A stretch of DNA of 64,000 bases from Sphagnum compactum (Eukaryota), in contig OZ234493.1 in the NCBI GenBank assembly GCA_965153455.1, forward strand, positions 24,728,213 to 24,792,212, written 5' to 3'. Shown in pieces: positions 63,854 to 64,000 of the stretch. Made by a program: the position numbers and the translations under genes. Numbering within the stretch: position 1 is the first letter of the stretch; each line of letters opens with the position of its first letter. The notes beneath the pieces were generated by a model. That model searched no databases. It saw nothing but the letters and a program-made list of their open reading frames with translations, and was not told where the DNA came from.

Positions 63854-64000
63854 CTGTTATACGTGCTCAAACTTCAGAACTGTTCCAAGCACCACAAATC
63901 AACACTAACAAACAATACAACGTATACACAGACAAGGACTTCAATATGGCAAACAAAACTTCACCCACCACACTGACATATACAAAGAGAATTTTTCAAA

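Overview
Eukaryotic, intron-rich plant nuclear DNA. It is most consistent with a bryophyte, probably a moss such as Sphagnum; this is inferred from a moss-type miR171, the gene style and the AT-rich decayed-repeat spacers. Genes reconstructed by hand from splice sites and reading frames: a 4-exon acidic disordered protein (158-2514,+), an intronless 6-phosphogluconate dehydrogenase (4480-5976,-), Mediator subunit MED17 (15392-20505,-, 8 exons), a MIR171 hairpin (~32248-32353,-), a DUF4504/C1orf74-like gene (53575-55816,-), a divergent 15-exon LRR + alpha/beta-hydrolase gene (56298-62134,+) and the 3' end of FCF1 (63098->63853,-). Mobile DNA: a 141-bp CACTA foldback element with TSD, a decayed gypsy gag, a decayed Sola2-like transposase and a ~7.4-kb decayed Helitron. 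The Helitron carries a captured SINA E3-ligase exon and a duplicated, interrupted leader. Most notable: the Helitron capture architecture, the LRR-hydrolase fusion, and a possible stop-readthrough PTS1 (SML) on 6PGDH. No database searches were run; family calls rest on recalled motifs.
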